Origin: an uncultured bacterium
GTDB lineage: Bacteria > Actinomycetota > Coriobacteriia > Coriobacteriales > Coriobacteriaceae
NCBI GenBank assembly: GCA_905215755.1
Contig: CAJMRE010000003.1
Span: 7,424-71,423 of the forward strand
DNA: 64,000 bases
Reading direction: 5' to 3'
The notes beneath the pieces were generated by a model. That model was not told where the DNA came from. It saw only the letters and a program-made list of their open reading frames with translations, and searched no databases. Made by a program: the position numbers and the translations under genes. This document shows, piece after piece, positions 18,360 to 28,013 of this stretch (positions are counted from its first letter, which is position 1; the number at the start of each line of letters is the position of its first letter).

Positions 18360-19882
18360 TGGCGTTCGAAACCTTTGCCGTTCACGCAGCCTGTATTCGC
18401 GGCGTCGAGGCGATTCCCGTCACGGTCGAGGTGTCGCTTGCGGGTGGCATCCCGGGCATCCAGATGCTCGGGATCCCGAGTATGGAGGTCATGGAGTCGC
18501 GCGGGCGCATTCGCTGCGCGATGCGCTCCGCCGGATTCGAGATCCCGCGCTCGGGTATTACGGTCAATCTGGCGCCTGGCGATATCCGAAAGACCGGTAG
18601 CGGCTTTGACCTGCCGATAGCCATTGCGGTGCTTGCGGCCGACGGGCAGATTCCCCGCAACAGTCTCGACCGCTGCCTCATTGCCGGCGAGCTCGGCCTG
18701 GATGGCACAGTGCTTCCCGTCAAGGGCGAGGTGGCGTTCCAGCTGCTGGCTCGCGACATGGGGCTGTCTTTTATCGCCGGCAGGTCCGACCAACATGTTC
18801 CGCTTGCAGGCGTCGACTGCGGTTTTATCGATCATCTGTCGCAGCTTGCCCGCGGTATGGGCGAGGCGGCTCGGCATTATCTGGATTCCGAGGGCGTGGA
18901 GGCCACCTTTGAGCCCGAGCTCGATTATGCCGACGTGTTGGGGCAGGAGGTCGCCAAGCGCGGCATGGCGCTTGCGGCGGCAGGGGAGCTCGGCCTTCTC
19001 ATGATCGGCTCGCCCGGTTCGGGCAAGACCATGCTTGCGCGCCGCATGACGGGTATCTTGCCCGAGCTTTCCGTCGAGGATCAGCAGGAGGCGCTGTGCA
19101 TCCATTCGGTCTTGGGTGAGAACATCGATGGCCTACTTGCTGGGCATCGGCCGTTTCGAAGCCCTCATCACAGCATTTCGACAGCGGGCCTTATTGGCGG
19201 AGGGCGCCCGGTGCATCCGGGCGAGATCAGCCTTGCCCATGGCGGCGTGCTCTTTTTGGACGAGCTTGCCGAGTTTCCCACCGGTGTGTTGCAGACGCTC
19301 AGGCAGCCTATCGAGCGCGGCTATGTCAGGATCGTGCGCGTCGACGGCGCCTTTACGTTTCCCTCTCGCTTTCAGCTGCTTGCGGCGAGCAATCCCTGCC
19401 CCTGCGGCTTTTTGGGCGATCGCGAGGTTCCGTGTCGTTGCTCGGCATCGATGGTCGAGCGCTATCGCTCCAAGCTGCGCGGCCCCTTGGCCGACCGTAT
19501 CGACCTGATGATCGACGTGACCCGCCCCGATCCGCAGGTGATTATCGAGGGCGCCGAGGGCATGTCGTCGGCCGAGCTTCGCGACTATGTTGTCCACGGT
19601 AGGGCTTTTCGTGCCTGGCGCGAGTCCCGTATGGACGATGCGGATGCCGAGGCCGAGGCTGTCGAGTCCCGCTCTATCGATGGTGTTGTATCGACCTTTG
19701 CGCTCGATCGGGCAGCGGAAACGTGCGTGCTTGGATTGTCGAAGCGCACGCATCTCACGGGGCGCGGCATCGTGCGCCTGGTGCGCATCGCCCGCACTAT
19801 TGCCGATGTCGCCGAAAGCGAGCGGGTGACGCAAGACCATGTGCTCGAGGCCGCCATGTATCAGGGACGGAGGGATCAGTGA
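18359..19882 (+). CDS. comM: Mg-chelatase-like AAA+ protein YifB/ComM
   Basis: Lon-protease-like N-domain, Walker A GSPGSGKTMLA and Walker B GVLFLDELAEF. The start overlaps the yraN stop (TGATG). Confidence 0.88.
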   Translation: MAFETFAVHAACIRGVEAIPVTVEVSLAGGIPGIQMLGIPSMEVMESRGRIRCAMRSAGFEIPRSGITVNLAPGDIRKTGSGFDLPIAIAVLAADGQIPRNSLDRCLIAGELGLDGTVLPVKGEVAFQLLARDMGLSFIAGRSDQHVPLAGVDCGFIDHLSQLARGMGEAARHYLDSEGVEATFEPELDYADVLGQEVAKRGMALAAAGELGLLMIGSPGSGKTMLARRMTGILPELSVEDQQEALCIHSVLGENIDGLLAGHRPFRSPHHSISTAGLIGGGRPVHPGEISLAHGGVLFLDELAEFPTGVLQTLRQPIERGYVRIVRVDGAFTFPSRFQLLAASNPCPCGFLGDREVPCRCSASMVERYRSKLRGPLADRIDLMIDVTRPDPQVIIEGAEGMSSAELRDYVVHGRAFRAWRESRMDDADAEAEAVESRSIDGVVSTFALDRAAETCVLGLSKRTHLTGRGIVRLVRIARTIADVAESERVTQDHVLEAAMYQGRRDQ

Positions 19883-20814
19883 TGGGTGAGGCCCGCTATG
19901 AACTGCATCCCGGGGATGGGCTGTTCCCCGCAACTGTTCTGGAACTTCCCGATGTGCCGCAAACGCTGTTCGTGCGCGGTGACCCGGAGGTGCTTTCGAC
20001 GCCGGCGCTCTCGATTATCGGTGCGCGCAAGGCGTCTCCCTACGGTCTTGCCGTCGCGGAGCTTGCGGCCAAGGTTGCCGTGGAAGCGGGGGTGACAGTG
20101 GTCTCGGGCGGCGCGGTCGGCTGCGACCAGGCCTCGGGTTGGGCCGCGGTCAACGCCGGAGGCAGGCACGTCGTGGTGTTGGGTACGGGCGCCGACGTGG
20201 TCTACCCGCGTTCGAGTGCGGGGCTCATCGCGCGCACGATCGATACGGGCGGCGCGGTCGTGTCCATCTCGCCTTGGGGCATGGGTCCGCGCAAGTTTGC
20301 CTTCCCGCGGCGTAACCGGGTGATTGCCGCGCTTTCGCAGGCGCTCTTCGTGTCGGAGGCTGGCATGCCTTCGGGCACGTTCTCGACGGCCGAGGCCGCC
20401 ATGGACTTGGGACGCGAGCTGCTTGCCGTGCCGGGTTCGATTTTGTCTCCCGAGTCGCGCGGTACCAACTACCTCATTGCCAACGGGGCCTGCTGCATTA
20501 TTGACGAGGAGTCCATCGAGATGGCCATCTCGCGAATCTACGGCACCCTGCGCTACTCGCGCCCCGATGCTCCCGGCATCGCCGACCTGGATGCCACACA
20601 GCAGGCCGTGATGCATGCCCTCATCGCCTCGCCGCTCAAGGTCGACGACATCGCCGCATTCGTCTCCCTCGATGCCGTCGGCGTGCTCAAGCTTCTGGGC
20701 TCGCTCGAGCTCGAAGGTCTCATCGAGTGCATGATGGATGGAAGGTATGCGCCCTCCAAGTTTGCCCTTCACGCCCAGACGCCCTTCGGTCACAATGGAA
20801 AACGTGTCAATTAG
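19882..20814 (+). CDS. dprA: DNA-processing protein DprA (Smf)
   Basis: SIIGARKASPYG...VVSGGAVGCD...FPRRNRVIAALS. The start overlaps the comM stop (TGATG). Confidence 0.88.
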   Translation: MGEARYELHPGDGLFPATVLELPDVPQTLFVRGDPEVLSTPALSIIGARKASPYGLAVAELAAKVAVEAGVTVVSGGAVGCDQASGWAAVNAGGRHVVVLGTGADVVYPRSSAGLIARTIDTGGAVVSISPWGMGPRKFAFPRRNRVIAALSQALFVSEAGMPSGTFSTAEAAMDLGRELLAVPGSILSPESRGTNYLIANGACCIIDEESIEMAISRIYGTLRYSRPDAPGIADLDATQQAVMHALIASPLKVDDIAAFVSLDAVGVLKLLGSLELEGLIECMMDGRYAPSKFALHAQTPFGHNGKRVN

Positions 20815-20828
20815 AAAGGTGTTTGCAG

Positions 20829-22166
20829 ATGCTGTTTGATCAGGTGACGGTTATCGGTGGCGGTCTGGCGGGATCGGAATGTGCGATTCAGCTGGCAGAT
20901 CGCGGGTTCGCCGTAAAGCTGTGCGAGATGCGTCCGCAGGTGAGCTCTCCTGCCCACCATACCGATCACCTGGCCGAGCTCGTCTGCTCCAATTCGTTTA
21001 AGTCGACCCGTCCGGATTCCGCCGCCGGTCTGCTGAAGGCCGAGCTTGAGCGCATGGGCTCGGTGCTGCTCGACTGCGCTCATCGTGCCGCTGTTCCCGC
21101 TGGCGGCGCCCTGGCGGTCGACCGCGTCAAGTTTTCCGAGCTCGTCGAGGCCGAGGTTGCCGCCCGCCCCAATATCGAGGTCGTCCACGGTGAGGTCACC
21201 CAGATTCCCGAGGGCCATGTGGTTATCGCCGCGGGCCCCTTGTGCTCGCCGGCATTGAGCGAGGAGGTCATGAAGCTTGTCGGTGGTGACGCCCTGGCGT
21301 TCTTTGACGCGGCCGCCCCGATTGTCGATGCCTCGACGCTCGATATGGACGTGCTGTTCTCGCAGTCGCGCTACGAGGAGCAGGGGAGTGGCGACTATCT
21401 CAATGCCCCGCTCAACAAGGAAGAGTACGAGGCCTTTATCGAGGCGCTCACCACGGCCGATCGCGTGGTGCTCAAGGATTTTGAGGGCGGGGACCTGTTT
21501 CAGGCCTGCCAGCCTGCCGAGGAGGTTGCGCGCACGGGCAAGGATGCCATCCGTTTTGGTGCCATGAAGCCCGTCGGGCTCACCGATCCGCGCACCGGTC
21601 GCCGTCCCTGGGCGGCGATCCAGCTGCGCGCCGAGAACAAGGAGAAGACGGCCTATAACCTGGTTGGCTTCCAGACCAACCTGACCTTCGGCGAACAGAA
21701 GCGCGTCTTTCGTATGGTTCCCGGACTGGAGAACGCCGAGTTCTTCCGCTACGGCGTCATGCACCGCAACACCTTTGTCGATGCGCCGCACGTGCTCGAT
21801 GGCACCTTTGCCGTGCCCGGCACGAGCGTGCGTCTTGCCGGCCAGATTACCGGTACTGAGGGGTACATGGAGGCCGTTGCGACGGGTCTACTCGCCGCGC
21901 TCAACACCTATGCCGAGGCTATCGGTGCTGCGGGCGTCGAGCTGCCGCGCGTGGGCGCCCTGGGCGCGCTCGTGGGGTATGCGACCGACCCGGCTACGGT
22001 GGGCTACCAGCCCATGCACGTTAACTTTGGCCTCGTACCGCCGCTCGAGGACGGTAAGCGTCGCAGCAAGCGCGATCGTTATCAGGCCTACGCGGATCGC
22101 GCCCTTAAGGCCCTGGATGCCTATCTGGAATCGCGCTCCGATCTGTTTGGAGGCGAGAGGTCATAG
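20829..22166 (+). CDS. trmFO: Methylenetetrahydrofolate--tRNA-(uracil54-C5)-methyltransferase TrmFO (Gid)
   Basis: VTVIGGGLAGSECA FAD-binding fold, ELVCSNSFKS and GQITGTEGYMEA. Confidence 0.92.
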   Translation: MLFDQVTVIGGGLAGSECAIQLADRGFAVKLCEMRPQVSSPAHHTDHLAELVCSNSFKSTRPDSAAGLLKAELERMGSVLLDCAHRAAVPAGGALAVDRVKFSELVEAEVAARPNIEVVHGEVTQIPEGHVVIAAGPLCSPALSEEVMKLVGGDALAFFDAAAPIVDASTLDMDVLFSQSRYEEQGSGDYLNAPLNKEEYEAFIEALTTADRVVLKDFEGGDLFQACQPAEEVARTGKDAIRFGAMKPVGLTDPRTGRRPWAAIQLRAENKEKTAYNLVGFQTNLTFGEQKRVFRMVPGLENAEFFRYGVMHRNTFVDAPHVLDGTFAVPGTSVRLAGQITGTEGYMEAVATGLLAALNTYAEAIGAAGVELPRVGALGALVGYATDPATVGYQPMHVNFGLVPPLEDGKRRSKRDRYQAYADRALKALDAYLESRSDLFGGERS

Positions 22167-23083
22167 CCTTTGACCTGTACGATGCCGTTGACTCGTTCAT
22201 TGCCTACATTGCACGTGTCGAAGGGCTCGCCCCCAATACGGTAATCGCCTACGCCTCGCGACTCGAGCGCTTCGCCGCGTGGTGCGAACGTGAGGACGTC
22301 GACGCTCGCGCCGCCGACGTAAGGACCGTTCGTTCCTATTTGGCCGAGCTGTCGGGTGGCCAAGTGGCGGCTCGGACCCTTGCGGCACACCTGTCTGCCA
22401 TTCGCTCGCTCTATCGGTGGATGGCTGCCGAGGGAATCGTTGAGGGCGATGCGGTCTCGGCGATATCCTCTCCCAAACTGCCGCGCGATCTTCCCGGTGT
22501 GCTGACGACCCGGCAAGTCGAGTCATTGCTCAAGACCCCCGATACCTCGGCGCCTGCGGGGCTGCGCGATGCGGCGATGCTCGAGCTGCTTTATGCCTCC
22601 GGCGCGCGAATCTCGGAGCTCGCGGCGCTCAACGTGGAGTCCATTGCTTGGTCCGAGCGAACGCTGCGACTTTGGGGCAAGGGGAGCAAAGAGCGTATCG
22701 TACCCCTGTATCGGCGCGCTCTCGAGGCGACCCGTCACTATATTGAGGAGGGGAGGCCACAGCTCCTTGCACAGGCAAAGCGCGGCGACGGTGCAAACGG
22801 CGTGCATCCGCTGTTTATCTCGGCGCGCGGAAACCGTATGAGTGCCGCCATGCTCAGGAGGCGGTTCCATATGCTTGCGGCACTTGCCGGCATTCCTGCC
22901 GACATCGCCCCTCATGCGATGCGCCATACCTTTGCGACCGACCTGCTCGAGGGCGGCGCGGATCTGCGCTCGGTTCAGGAGCTGCTGGGGCATGCGAGTT
23001 TGTCCACGACGCAGATCTATACGCATCTCACTCCCGAACGCCTCAAGCGTGCCGTGAGTCAGGCACATCCCCGCGGCGAGTAG
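22163..23083 (+). CDS. xerC: Tyrosine recombinase XerC/XerD family, with a non-canonical start (ATA 22163 or CTG 22175 proposed)
   Basis: Catalytic ARISEL, HAMRHTFAT and LGHASLSTTQIYTH. The N-terminal core-binding helices FIAYIARVEGLAPNTVIAYASRLERF are in frame upstream of the first TTG (22340). There is no ATG/GTG/TTG between stop 22106 and 22340. Confidence 0.75.
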   Translation: MAFDLYDAVDSFIAYIARVEGLAPNTVIAYASRLERFAAWCEREDVDARAADVRTVRSYLAELSGGQVAARTLAAHLSAIRSLYRWMAAEGIVEGDAVSAISSPKLPRDLPGVLTTRQVESLLKTPDTSAPAGLRDAAMLELLYASGARISELAALNVESIAWSERTLRLWGKGSKERIVPLYRRALEATRHYIEEGRPQLLAQAKRGDGANGVHPLFISARGNRMSAAMLRRRFHMLAALAGIPADIAPHAMRHTFATDLLEGGADLRSVQELLGHASLSTTQIYTHLTPERLKRAVSQAHPRGE

Positions 23084-23131
23084 GAGAAGGGCCTCCCGCG
23101 CCGCGCCAAGGTGTGTGGTTTTGATTGCGGG

Positions 23132-23160
23132 TTGGCAGGAAGAGGCAATCCTGCTATCAT
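23132..23160 (+). promoter_or_regulatory. rpsB-tsf promoter: TTGGCA, 17 nt spacer, TATCAT, with extended -10 TGCTATCAT
   Basis: Read directly: ttggcaggaagaggcaatcctgctatcat. An approximately 140-nt leader follows. Confidence 0.6.
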
Positions 23161-23301
23161 TCATCGGGTTGCTTCACGGCAACAGGTTTTTATCACGCAC
23201 GCGCGGCTACTCCATACCGTGGTGCTCGGGCTTTGGTAGCACATGTCCGGGTTGGTTTTGGAGGATGACCCCGCGCGGAGGCAAACCACAGGAGGTTTAA
23301 C

Positions 23302-24030
23302 ATGGCTACCAAGATTAATATCCGCACCCTGCTCGAGGCCGGCTGCCACTTCGGTCACCAGACCCGTCGCTGGAACCCCAAGATGAAGCCGTTCATCTTC
23401 GGTGAGCGCAACGGCATCTACATCCTCGACCTCAAGCAGACCATCCTTGACGCCGACCAGGCCTACACCTTCGTCAAGAACGTCGCCAAGGGCGGCAACG
23501 TGCTGTTCGTCGGCACCAAGAAGCAGGCTCAGGAGGCCGTCAAGAACGCCGCTGAGCGCGCCAACATGCCCTACATCAACCAGCGCTGGCTCGGCGGTAT
23601 GCTGACCAACTTCGTCACCATCCGCTCCCGCATCAACCGCATGGAGGAGCTCGAGGCCATGGTCGAGGACGGCCGCATGGCAGTGCTGCCCAAGAAGGAG
23701 CAGGCAGTGCTCGGCAAGGAGCTCGCTAAGCTTCAGACCAACCTCGGTGGCGCCCGCGACATGAAGGGTCTGCCCCAGGCTCTCTTCGTCATCGACACCA
23801 AGCGCGAGGAGAACGCCATCAAGGAGGCCCAGCGCCTGAACATCCCCGTCGTCGCTCTGATCGACACCAACTCCGATCCCGACGAGGTCGAGTACGGCAT
23901 CCCCTGCAACGATGACGCCATCTCCGCTGTCACCCTTATGTGCGAGCTCATGGCCGACGCCTGCCTCGCTGGCTCCGGCAAGGAGCAGGTCTCCGAGGCC
24001 GAGATGGCCGCCGAGCCCAAGGCCGAGTAA
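23302..24030 (+). CDS. rpsB: 30S ribosomal protein S2
   Basis: [29 protein letters not shown]. Confidence 0.95.
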   Translation: MATKINIRTLLEAGCHFGHQTRRWNPKMKPFIFGERNGIYILDLKQTILDADQAYTFVKNVAKGGNVLFVGTKKQAQEAVKNAAERANMPYINQRWLGGMLTNFVTIRSRINRMEELEAMVEDGRMAVLPKKEQAVLGKELAKLQTNLGGARDMKGLPQALFVIDTKREENAIKEAQRLNIPVVALIDTNSDPDEVEYGIPCNDDAISAVTLMCELMADACLAGSGKEQVSEAEMAAEPKAE

Positions 24031-24075
24031 ATCAGTCCTATTTAAGTCTTTTTCATCTCTTTGAAAGGAACCACA

Positions 24076-24945
24076 ATGGCCCAGATTACTGCCGCTATGG
24101 TCAAGCAGCTCCGCGAGATGACCGACTCCCCGATGATGGAGTGCAAGAAGGCTCTCGTCGAGGCTGACGGCGACATGGACGCCGCCGTCGACGTTCTGCG
24201 CAAGAACGGCCTCGCCAAGGCTGCCAAGAAGGCTGGCCGTGAGACCAACGAGGGCGCTGTCGCCGCGTTCGTCTCCGAGGATGGCAAGACCGGCGCTCTG
24301 CTCGAGCTCTCCTGCGAGACCGACTTCGTCGGCTCCAACGCCAAGTTCACCGGCTTTGCTTCCAAGGTCGCCGAGGTTGTCGCCACCACCGAGCCGACTG
24401 ACGTCGACGCTCTGCTCGAGAAGCCGATGGGCGAGGAGACCGTTTCCTCCGAGCTCACCGAGATGATTCACATCATGGGCGAGAACATGAAGATCTCTCG
24501 TTTCGCCGCCCGCAAGGCCGAGAACGGCGCTCTCGCTTCTTACATCCACATGGGTGGTAAGATCGGCGTCCTCGTCGAGTTCGCTTTCGAGAAGGCCGAG
24601 ACCGCTCAGGCCGACTCCTTCAAGACCTTCGCTCACGACGTCGCCCTTCAGGTTGCCGCCGTCGCCCCGATCTGCGCTACCCGCGATCAGGTTCCGGCTG
24701 AGACCGTCGAGCACGAGAAGCAGATCTACATGGCTCAGGCTGCCGAGTCCGGCAAGCCCGAGGCTATCCAGGAGAAGATGGCCGTTGGCCGTCTGGAGAA
24801 GTTCTACAAGCAGTCCGTGCTCACCGAGCAGGAGTTCATCAAGGACAGCTCCCTCACCATCAAGAAGTATGCTGAGCAGGTCTCCAAGGAGCTTGGCGAC
24901 ACCATTACCGTCGTTGCGTTCGACCGTCTGGTCCGTGGCGAGTAA
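24076..24945 (+). CDS. tsf: Elongation factor Ts
   Basis: MAQITAAMVKQLREMTDSPMMECKKAL is the UBA-like N-domain of EF-Ts. Confidence 0.95.
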   Translation: MAQITAAMVKQLREMTDSPMMECKKALVEADGDMDAAVDVLRKNGLAKAAKKAGRETNEGAVAAFVSEDGKTGALLELSCETDFVGSNAKFTGFASKVAEVVATTEPTDVDALLEKPMGEETVSSELTEMIHIMGENMKISRFAARKAENGALASYIHMGGKIGVLVEFAFEKAETAQADSFKTFAHDVALQVAAVAPICATRDQVPAETVEHEKQIYMAQAAESGKPEAIQEKMAVGRLEKFYKQSVLTEQEFIKDSSLTIKKYAEQVSKELGDTITVVAFDRLVRGE

Positions 24946-24968
24946 ATAAGCTTTTGTAGCTGGTAATG

Positions 24969-25004
24969 AGCAGGCTGTGGGTTTTACTCACAGCCTGCTT
25001 TTTC
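24969..25004 (+). terminator. Rho-independent terminator after tsf
   Basis: agcaggctgtg [9-nt loop] cacagcctgct is a perfect 11-bp stem, followed by ttttt. Confidence 0.85.
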
Positions 25005-25024
25005 ATGGCTCTTATCAGAGCCTT

Positions 25025-25033
25025 TGCTATCAT
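25025..25033 (+). promoter_or_regulatory. Extended -10 TGCTATCAT upstream of pyrH
   Basis: Read directly. Ends 29 nt upstream of the pyrH TTG start. Same 9-mer as at rpsB and adhE. Confidence 0.45.
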
Positions 25034-25062
25034 ATTGAGAGTCTAATTAAAGGAGGATCGCT

Positions 25063-25785
25063 TTGTCCGACATCCGATATAAACGCGTGCTTCTTAAGCT
25101 TTCCGGCGAAGCACTGATGGGCGACGGCCAATATGGCATCGACCCCAAGGTTACCGACCACCTTGCCAAGCAGGTCAAGGAGCTGCTCGCCGTTGGCCAT
25201 GAGGTTGGCGTTGTTGTCGGCGGCGGCAATATTTTCCGCGGCATGGCCGGCGCTGCCGGTGGCATGGAGCGCGCCCAGGCCGACTACATGGGCATGCTGG
25301 CAACCGTTATGAACGCGCTCGCCCTGCAGGATGCCTTCGAGCACAACGTTGTTCCCTGCCGCGTGATGAGCGCTATCCAGATGAACGAGATCTGCGAGCC
25401 CTATATTCGCCGTCGCGCCATCAACCACCTTTCCAAGGGCAGCGTCGTAATTTTTGCCGCCGGGTCGGGCAATCCGTACTTTACGACCGACACCGCCGCG
25501 GCTCTTCGTGCCTGCGAGATCGGTGCCGAGGTCCTGATTAAGGCCACCAAGGTTGACGGTATCTACGACAAGGATCCTGTCAAGTGCGACGATGCCGTCC
25601 GTTTTGACAAGATTACCTATCACGAGGTTCTCGTCCGCGGTCTGCAGGTTATGGATTCCACAGCTACGGCACTGTGCCAGGATAACCGTATGCCGATTTT
25701 GGTCCTCAACATCGATGGCGAGGACACCGTCAAGCGCGCGCTTTCGGGTGAGCCCGTCGGCACGCTCGTCTATCAGGAGGATTAA
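25063..25785 (+). CDS. pyrH: UMP kinase
   Basis: [13 protein letters not shown]...[22 protein letters not shown]. Confidence 0.95.
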   Translation: MSDIRYKRVLLKLSGEALMGDGQYGIDPKVTDHLAKQVKELLAVGHEVGVVVGGGNIFRGMAGAAGGMERAQADYMGMLATVMNALALQDAFEHNVVPCRVMSAIQMNEICEPYIRRRAINHLSKGSVVIFAAGSGNPYFTTDTAAALRACEIGAEVLIKATKVDGIYDKDPVKCDDAVRFDKITYHEVLVRGLQVMDSTATALCQDNRMPILVLNIDGEDTVKRALSGEPVGTLVYQED

Positions 25786-25787
25786 GC

Positions 25788-26324
25788 ATGGCAGAGAACA
25801 TCACCGCCCACATGGACAAGTCGCTCGAGTCCCTCAAGCACAACTTCTCCAAGGTTCGCACGGGCCGCGCCAACGCTAACATTCTGTCCGACATCTCGGT
25901 CGATTACTACGGTGTCCCCACGCCGGTTACCCAGGTTGCCGCCGTTAAGACCCCCGAGGCCCACATGTTGCTCATCGAGCCCTGGGATAAGGCGCTCGTC
26001 AACGCAATCGTGAAGGCTATCAGCGCTTCCGATCTGGGCATTACCCCCAACTCTGACGGTACCGTCGTGCGCCTGCCGTTCCCGGCTCCCACCGAGGAGC
26101 GTCGTCGCGAGCTCGTCAAGGAGTGCCGCGAGTATGCCGAGCAGGCCAAGGTCTCCATTCGCAACATCCGTCGTGACTTTAACAACAAGCTCGAGCGCGA
26201 CGAAGATCTCACCGAGGACGATGTCCGTCGCGAGCAGGCCAAGGTCCAGAAGCATACCGATGAGTATGTTGCCAAGGTCGAGGAGCTTCTGAAGGAAAAA
26301 GAAGCCGAGGTCATGGAGATCTAA
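25788..26324 (+). CDS. frr: Ribosome recycling factor
   Basis: VDYYGVPTPVTQVA...PFPAPTEERRRELVK is typical RRF. Confidence 0.95.
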   Translation: MAENITAHMDKSLESLKHNFSKVRTGRANANILSDISVDYYGVPTPVTQVAAVKTPEAHMLLIEPWDKALVNAIVKAISASDLGITPNSDGTVVRLPFPAPTEERRRELVKECREYAEQAKVSIRNIRRDFNNKLERDEDLTEDDVRREQAKVQKHTDEYVAKVEELLKEKEAEVMEI

Positions 26325-26325
26325 G

Positions 26326-27120
26326 GTGCAATACGACGAGAACAAACTGGTCGAGTACTTTGCCGACGCCCCTGCGGGCGTCGGTTTTTCCGACCTTGAC
26401 CTCAATAAGATTCCGCATCATATTTCGTGCATCATGGACGGTAACGGTCGCTGGGCCACAGCGCGCGGTCTTGCCCGCACCGAGGGCCACAAGGCCGGTA
26501 TCGTCTCCCTGCGCGAGATTATTACCGCATGTGTGCGCTTGGGCGTCGACGTCCTTTCGGCCTATGCGTTTTCCACTGAAAACTGGAATCGTCCACAGCA
26601 CGAGGTCAACGTTTTGATGCATCTGTTTGCCAAGACGTTTATCGATGAGTTGCCGCTGCTTAAGCGCGAAAACGTGCGCGTTGTCTTTTTGGGCGATATT
26701 TCCGCACTGCCCAAGAAGACCCGCGATGTCTTTGAGCGCGGTCTTGCCGAGTGTGCCGACCACACCGGCATGACACTGGCGCTTGCCGTCAATTACGGCG
26801 CCCGTGCCGAGATCACCCGTGCCGTCCGTCAGATTGCGCTCGACGCCGCTGCCGGCAAGATCGACCCTGCCGCCATCGACGATGATATGGTTGCCTCCCA
26901 TCTCTACACCGCTGGGCTGCCCGATCCGGAGCTTGTGATTCGCACCTCCGGCGAGCTACGCCTTTCGAACTATCTGCTGTGGCAGGTTGCCTATTCCGAG
27001 TTTTATGTCACCGATACCTATTGGCCCGACTTTGATCGCTGGGGCCTTGTCGACGCCATTTTGGCCTACCAGGGCCGCGACCGTAGGTTTGGTGGACTGA
27101 GCAAGACCGAGGAGGCTTAA
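26326..27120 (+). CDS. uppS: Isoprenyl (undecaprenyl) diphosphate synthase
   Basis: HISCIMDGNGRWA...AFSTENWNRP...ELRLSNYLLWQVAYSEFY. Confidence 0.92.
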   Translation: MQYDENKLVEYFADAPAGVGFSDLDLNKIPHHISCIMDGNGRWATARGLARTEGHKAGIVSLREIITACVRLGVDVLSAYAFSTENWNRPQHEVNVLMHLFAKTFIDELPLLKRENVRVVFLGDISALPKKTRDVFERGLAECADHTGMTLALAVNYGARAEITRAVRQIALDAAAGKIDPAAIDDDMVASHLYTAGLPDPELVIRTSGELRLSNYLLWQVAYSEFYVTDTYWPDFDRWGLVDAILAYQGRDRRFGGLSKTEEA

Positions 27121-27122
27121 TC

Positions 27123-28013
27123 GTGTCCGATCGTCCCAAGGCGTCTGCTCCCAAGACGTCATCTCCCAAGGCGCCTTCCGCCAAGAGCGGCGCGGCTACG
27201 ACTTCGTGGTTGGCCGGCTTTATTACCCGCGCCGCCGCAGGTATCGTCTACGCCGTCGTGTTTATTCTCTGCTTGGTTTTGGGTATCGTTCCCACTGCCA
27301 TCTTCGTCTCCGTCATGAGCGGCCTGTGCTGCTATGAGTTTTTCCGCATGACGAAGCTCGATGGCAAGGTGGCCAACGAGCGCCTGGGTATCGCTGCCGC
27401 CGTGCTCTTTCCGCTCTCGGCGCTGGGCGACTCGCTGCTGTTGAATGCCCTGCTTTTTGCACTGATGCTTGCGGTGGGTATTTGGTACGTCTGGTCGTCG
27501 CGTACCCGTATATCCGATGTAGCCGTGACGCTCATGGGCCCCATCTACACCGGTTTTATGCTGTCGGCCATCGTGCTGCTGCGCGATGCCGTGCCCGGTT
27601 TTGCCGGCGCCCTGCTTTCGGTGGGTGTTTGCGCGTCTCTCTGGGTCTCCGATTCGTTCGCCTATATCGTGGGTAGCCGTATCGGCAAGCACAAGATGGT
27701 CCCCAAGATTTCTCCCAAAAAGAGCTGGGAGGGCTTTTTCGGCGGCATCTTGGGCTCGGTTCTCATCTGGCTTATTTTGTGGGCGACCCATTTCTATAAG
27801 CTGAGCTTGCCCTATGCGCTGCTGTGCGGCGTGGTCGTGTCCATCCTGGGCGTTATCGGCGACCTCATCGAGTCACGCATCAAGCGTGGCGTGGGCGTCA
27901 AGGATTCCGGCAATCTGATTCCGGGCCATGGCGGCATGCTCGACCGTAGCGACTCGCTTATCTTTGGCTGCATTACCGCGCAGCTGCTTTTGATGATCGG
28001 AGGCGTGCTGTAA
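27123..28013 (+). CDS. cdsA: Phosphatidate cytidylyltransferase
   Basis: Multi-TM protein with the CDS signature SRIKRGVGVKDSGNLIPGHGGMLDRSDS. Confidence 0.87.
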   Translation: MSDRPKASAPKTSSPKAPSAKSGAATTSWLAGFITRAAAGIVYAVVFILCLVLGIVPTAIFVSVMSGLCCYEFFRMTKLDGKVANERLGIAAAVLFPLSALGDSLLLNALLFALMLAVGIWYVWSSRTRISDVAVTLMGPIYTGFMLSAIVLLRDAVPGFAGALLSVGVCASLWVSDSFAYIVGSRIGKHKMVPKISPKKSWEGFFGGILGSVLIWLILWATHFYKLSLPYALLCGVVVSILGVIGDLIESRIKRGVGVKDSGNLIPGHGGMLDRSDSLIFGCITAQLLLMIGGVL

